NCBI RefSeq assembly: GCF_902713615.1
Contig: NC_052164.1
Coordinates: 6,673,088-6,737,087, forward strand
Source of the DNA: Scyliorhinus canicula
Lineage: Eukaryota
DNA length: 64,000 nt
Direction of reading: 5' to 3'
Part shown: positions 62,376 through 64,000 of the stretch, one piece after another
How positions within the stretch are numbered: the stretch's first letter is position 1
Layout: every line of letters begins with the position of its first letter
Notes under the pieces: model-generated
What the model was told of the DNA's origin: nothing
Database searches by the model: none
What the model saw: the letters and a program-made list of their open reading frames with translations, nothing else
Position numbers and translations under genes: made by a program

Positions 62376-64000
62376 GCATATCCTCTATTGTGTTTCTTTA
62401 ACTTCCCCATAAATATTTTTATGCTATTCCCCTCGAACGCTCCATGTGGTCGCAACCACTTGAACCACTTGAACCACTCTCTGGGTGAAGAGGTTGTTCT
62501 TGAGTTTCATATTGGTGTTATATTTATGACACCAGGATTCAATCATCTCAGCTCTCAATCACCGCGTCATGCAAATATTGCACAATGTTTTCTATTCTCT
62601 GTGTGGCGATTGCATGTACTACTTGTCAAGATCACAGACAGATCTTGAGTCAACCTACCCCCCAATGGCATCATCAGCGGGTTAGATAATTTGTTGGTGC
62701 TCAGAGATGGAATTTCTGCTGTGCCAGGTGGAATTTTATACCTGACTTCTCTTCTTTTCACTCAGTTTCGACTAGTTTGAAGACGCCAACTTAAATGGAG
62801 GTCACCATGCAAACATAATATCTGGGTCATTGGCTCAGACACCCTTTGAAGGAGTCAAAGTATGTTGACACACTGCAAGAATAAAGGGCTCCTGCTTTCG
62901 ACCAGCTGTAAATCCATTAAGCTAAAGCTGCTTTGAACCAGCATGTGAAGGGAAGGTGTCATAAGTATTGTGGTTCAAAATTGTCCCAATTAGAAGCTAT
63001 ATGATTTGCCTTCCACATCAAACATGGATTACGGTAGAATGATGGGGTGTAGATTCATTTGTTCTTAATCTAGGACAAAAGTTCGGCACAACATCGTGGG
63101 CCAAAGGGCCTGTTCTGTGCTGTATTTTTCTACGTTCTATGTTCAAACAGATGTTAAATACTATTTTGCTGACTTTCAGAACAAATGTTTGCTCAGCATA
63201 AAGGTTCATAAAATTGATGCCACGTTATTTGCTCATCTTGCAGCAATGCACAGGCTAACTCCACATCCGGTTCTGTAAGAGTTAATGTTACAGCCCAGAA
63301 TGAGGGAGGTAAGCCCACTGTGCCCATGCTTTTTGAAAGTTAGCCCTATCCCCGTAGCTTTACACTTTTCCCCCTTCTAGTACTTATCCAGTTCCCTTTA
63401 GAAAGTGACGATTGAATGCACTTTATCAGCCTTACAGGCAGTGTATTCTAGATCATCATAACGTGCTGTGTCAAAAAGGTCTCAAGTCCCTTCTGGCTCT
63501 TTTACTAGTTACCTTCCAACTGCCCTCTGGTTATCGACCCTGCTGTCACTTTCAGATGCATTTTCAGATCAACACAAAATAGGAAGAACCTTTTGTTTTT
63601 ACAGGAACAAACTAGGGAAGGGACTAAACTATAAGATAATAGTCGTTGCTGGGGAACAATATTGTATTTTTTCCTTTTGAGGACCACTTCATCTCAAGTT
63701 GCCCAAGGAGAACTGGATCGGTTTAACCCTGATTACTTGTTTCAGTAGTTTCTCATCAACCAGCTCCATAGTTATAATACTGCCCTGTTTGCTGTACCGC
63801 TGGCAAATCTAAATGCTATTTGTCAAGAAACTATTTGTTCCGTGACAGATCGTTCACAATATTAACTCTGTTTCTCTCTCCACAGATGTTGCCAGACCCG
63901 AGTGTTTCCAACATTTTCTGTTTATTTCAAATTGTCACATCTAGAAGCTATATATGATTTATCTTCCACGCTAAACAGATGTTAAAAACTATTTTGCTGA

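Noticed and set aside
1-64000. Most short six-frame ORFs as genes or an operon-like system
   Set aside because: Eukaryotic intron-rich DNA; the ORFs map to SINEs (recurring SLSMWSLHILPVSAWVSPPQPK), LINE fragments or their antisense strands.

Overview
Repeat-rich vertebrate genomic DNA, not prokaryotic. The SINE and LINE families point to a cartilaginous fish, probably a shark (inference). Genes: (1) MRPL45 on + strand, exons 1-6 (40664-61019; 3' exons lie beyond the window), with an apparent 1-nt deletion in exon 6; (2) a probable divergently transcribed, unrecognised multi-exon gene on the - strand, with three phase-compatible exons at 11764-11843, 4428-4481 and 1817-2018. Mobile DNA dominates: two Gypsy (Mag-like) LTR retrotransposons with 5-bp TSDs (5472-10323 near full length; 32027-34847 internally deleted), two related solo LTRs and one partial LTR, Penelope-like fragments with hammerhead ribozyme motifs, and many L1/Tx1, CR1, HE1/V-type SINE and Deu-type SINE fragments. 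There is a 100-N gap at 21661-21760. Most interesting: both Gypsy elements lack a tRNA primer-binding site. At that position each has a sequence complementary to its own LTR (different sequences, same pairing) plus a hairpin at the U5 end, and both have Asn in place of the last Asp of the RT YXDD motif. Together this suggests a tRNA-independent (self-priming) LTR lineage. Repeat boundaries without TSDs are approximate.
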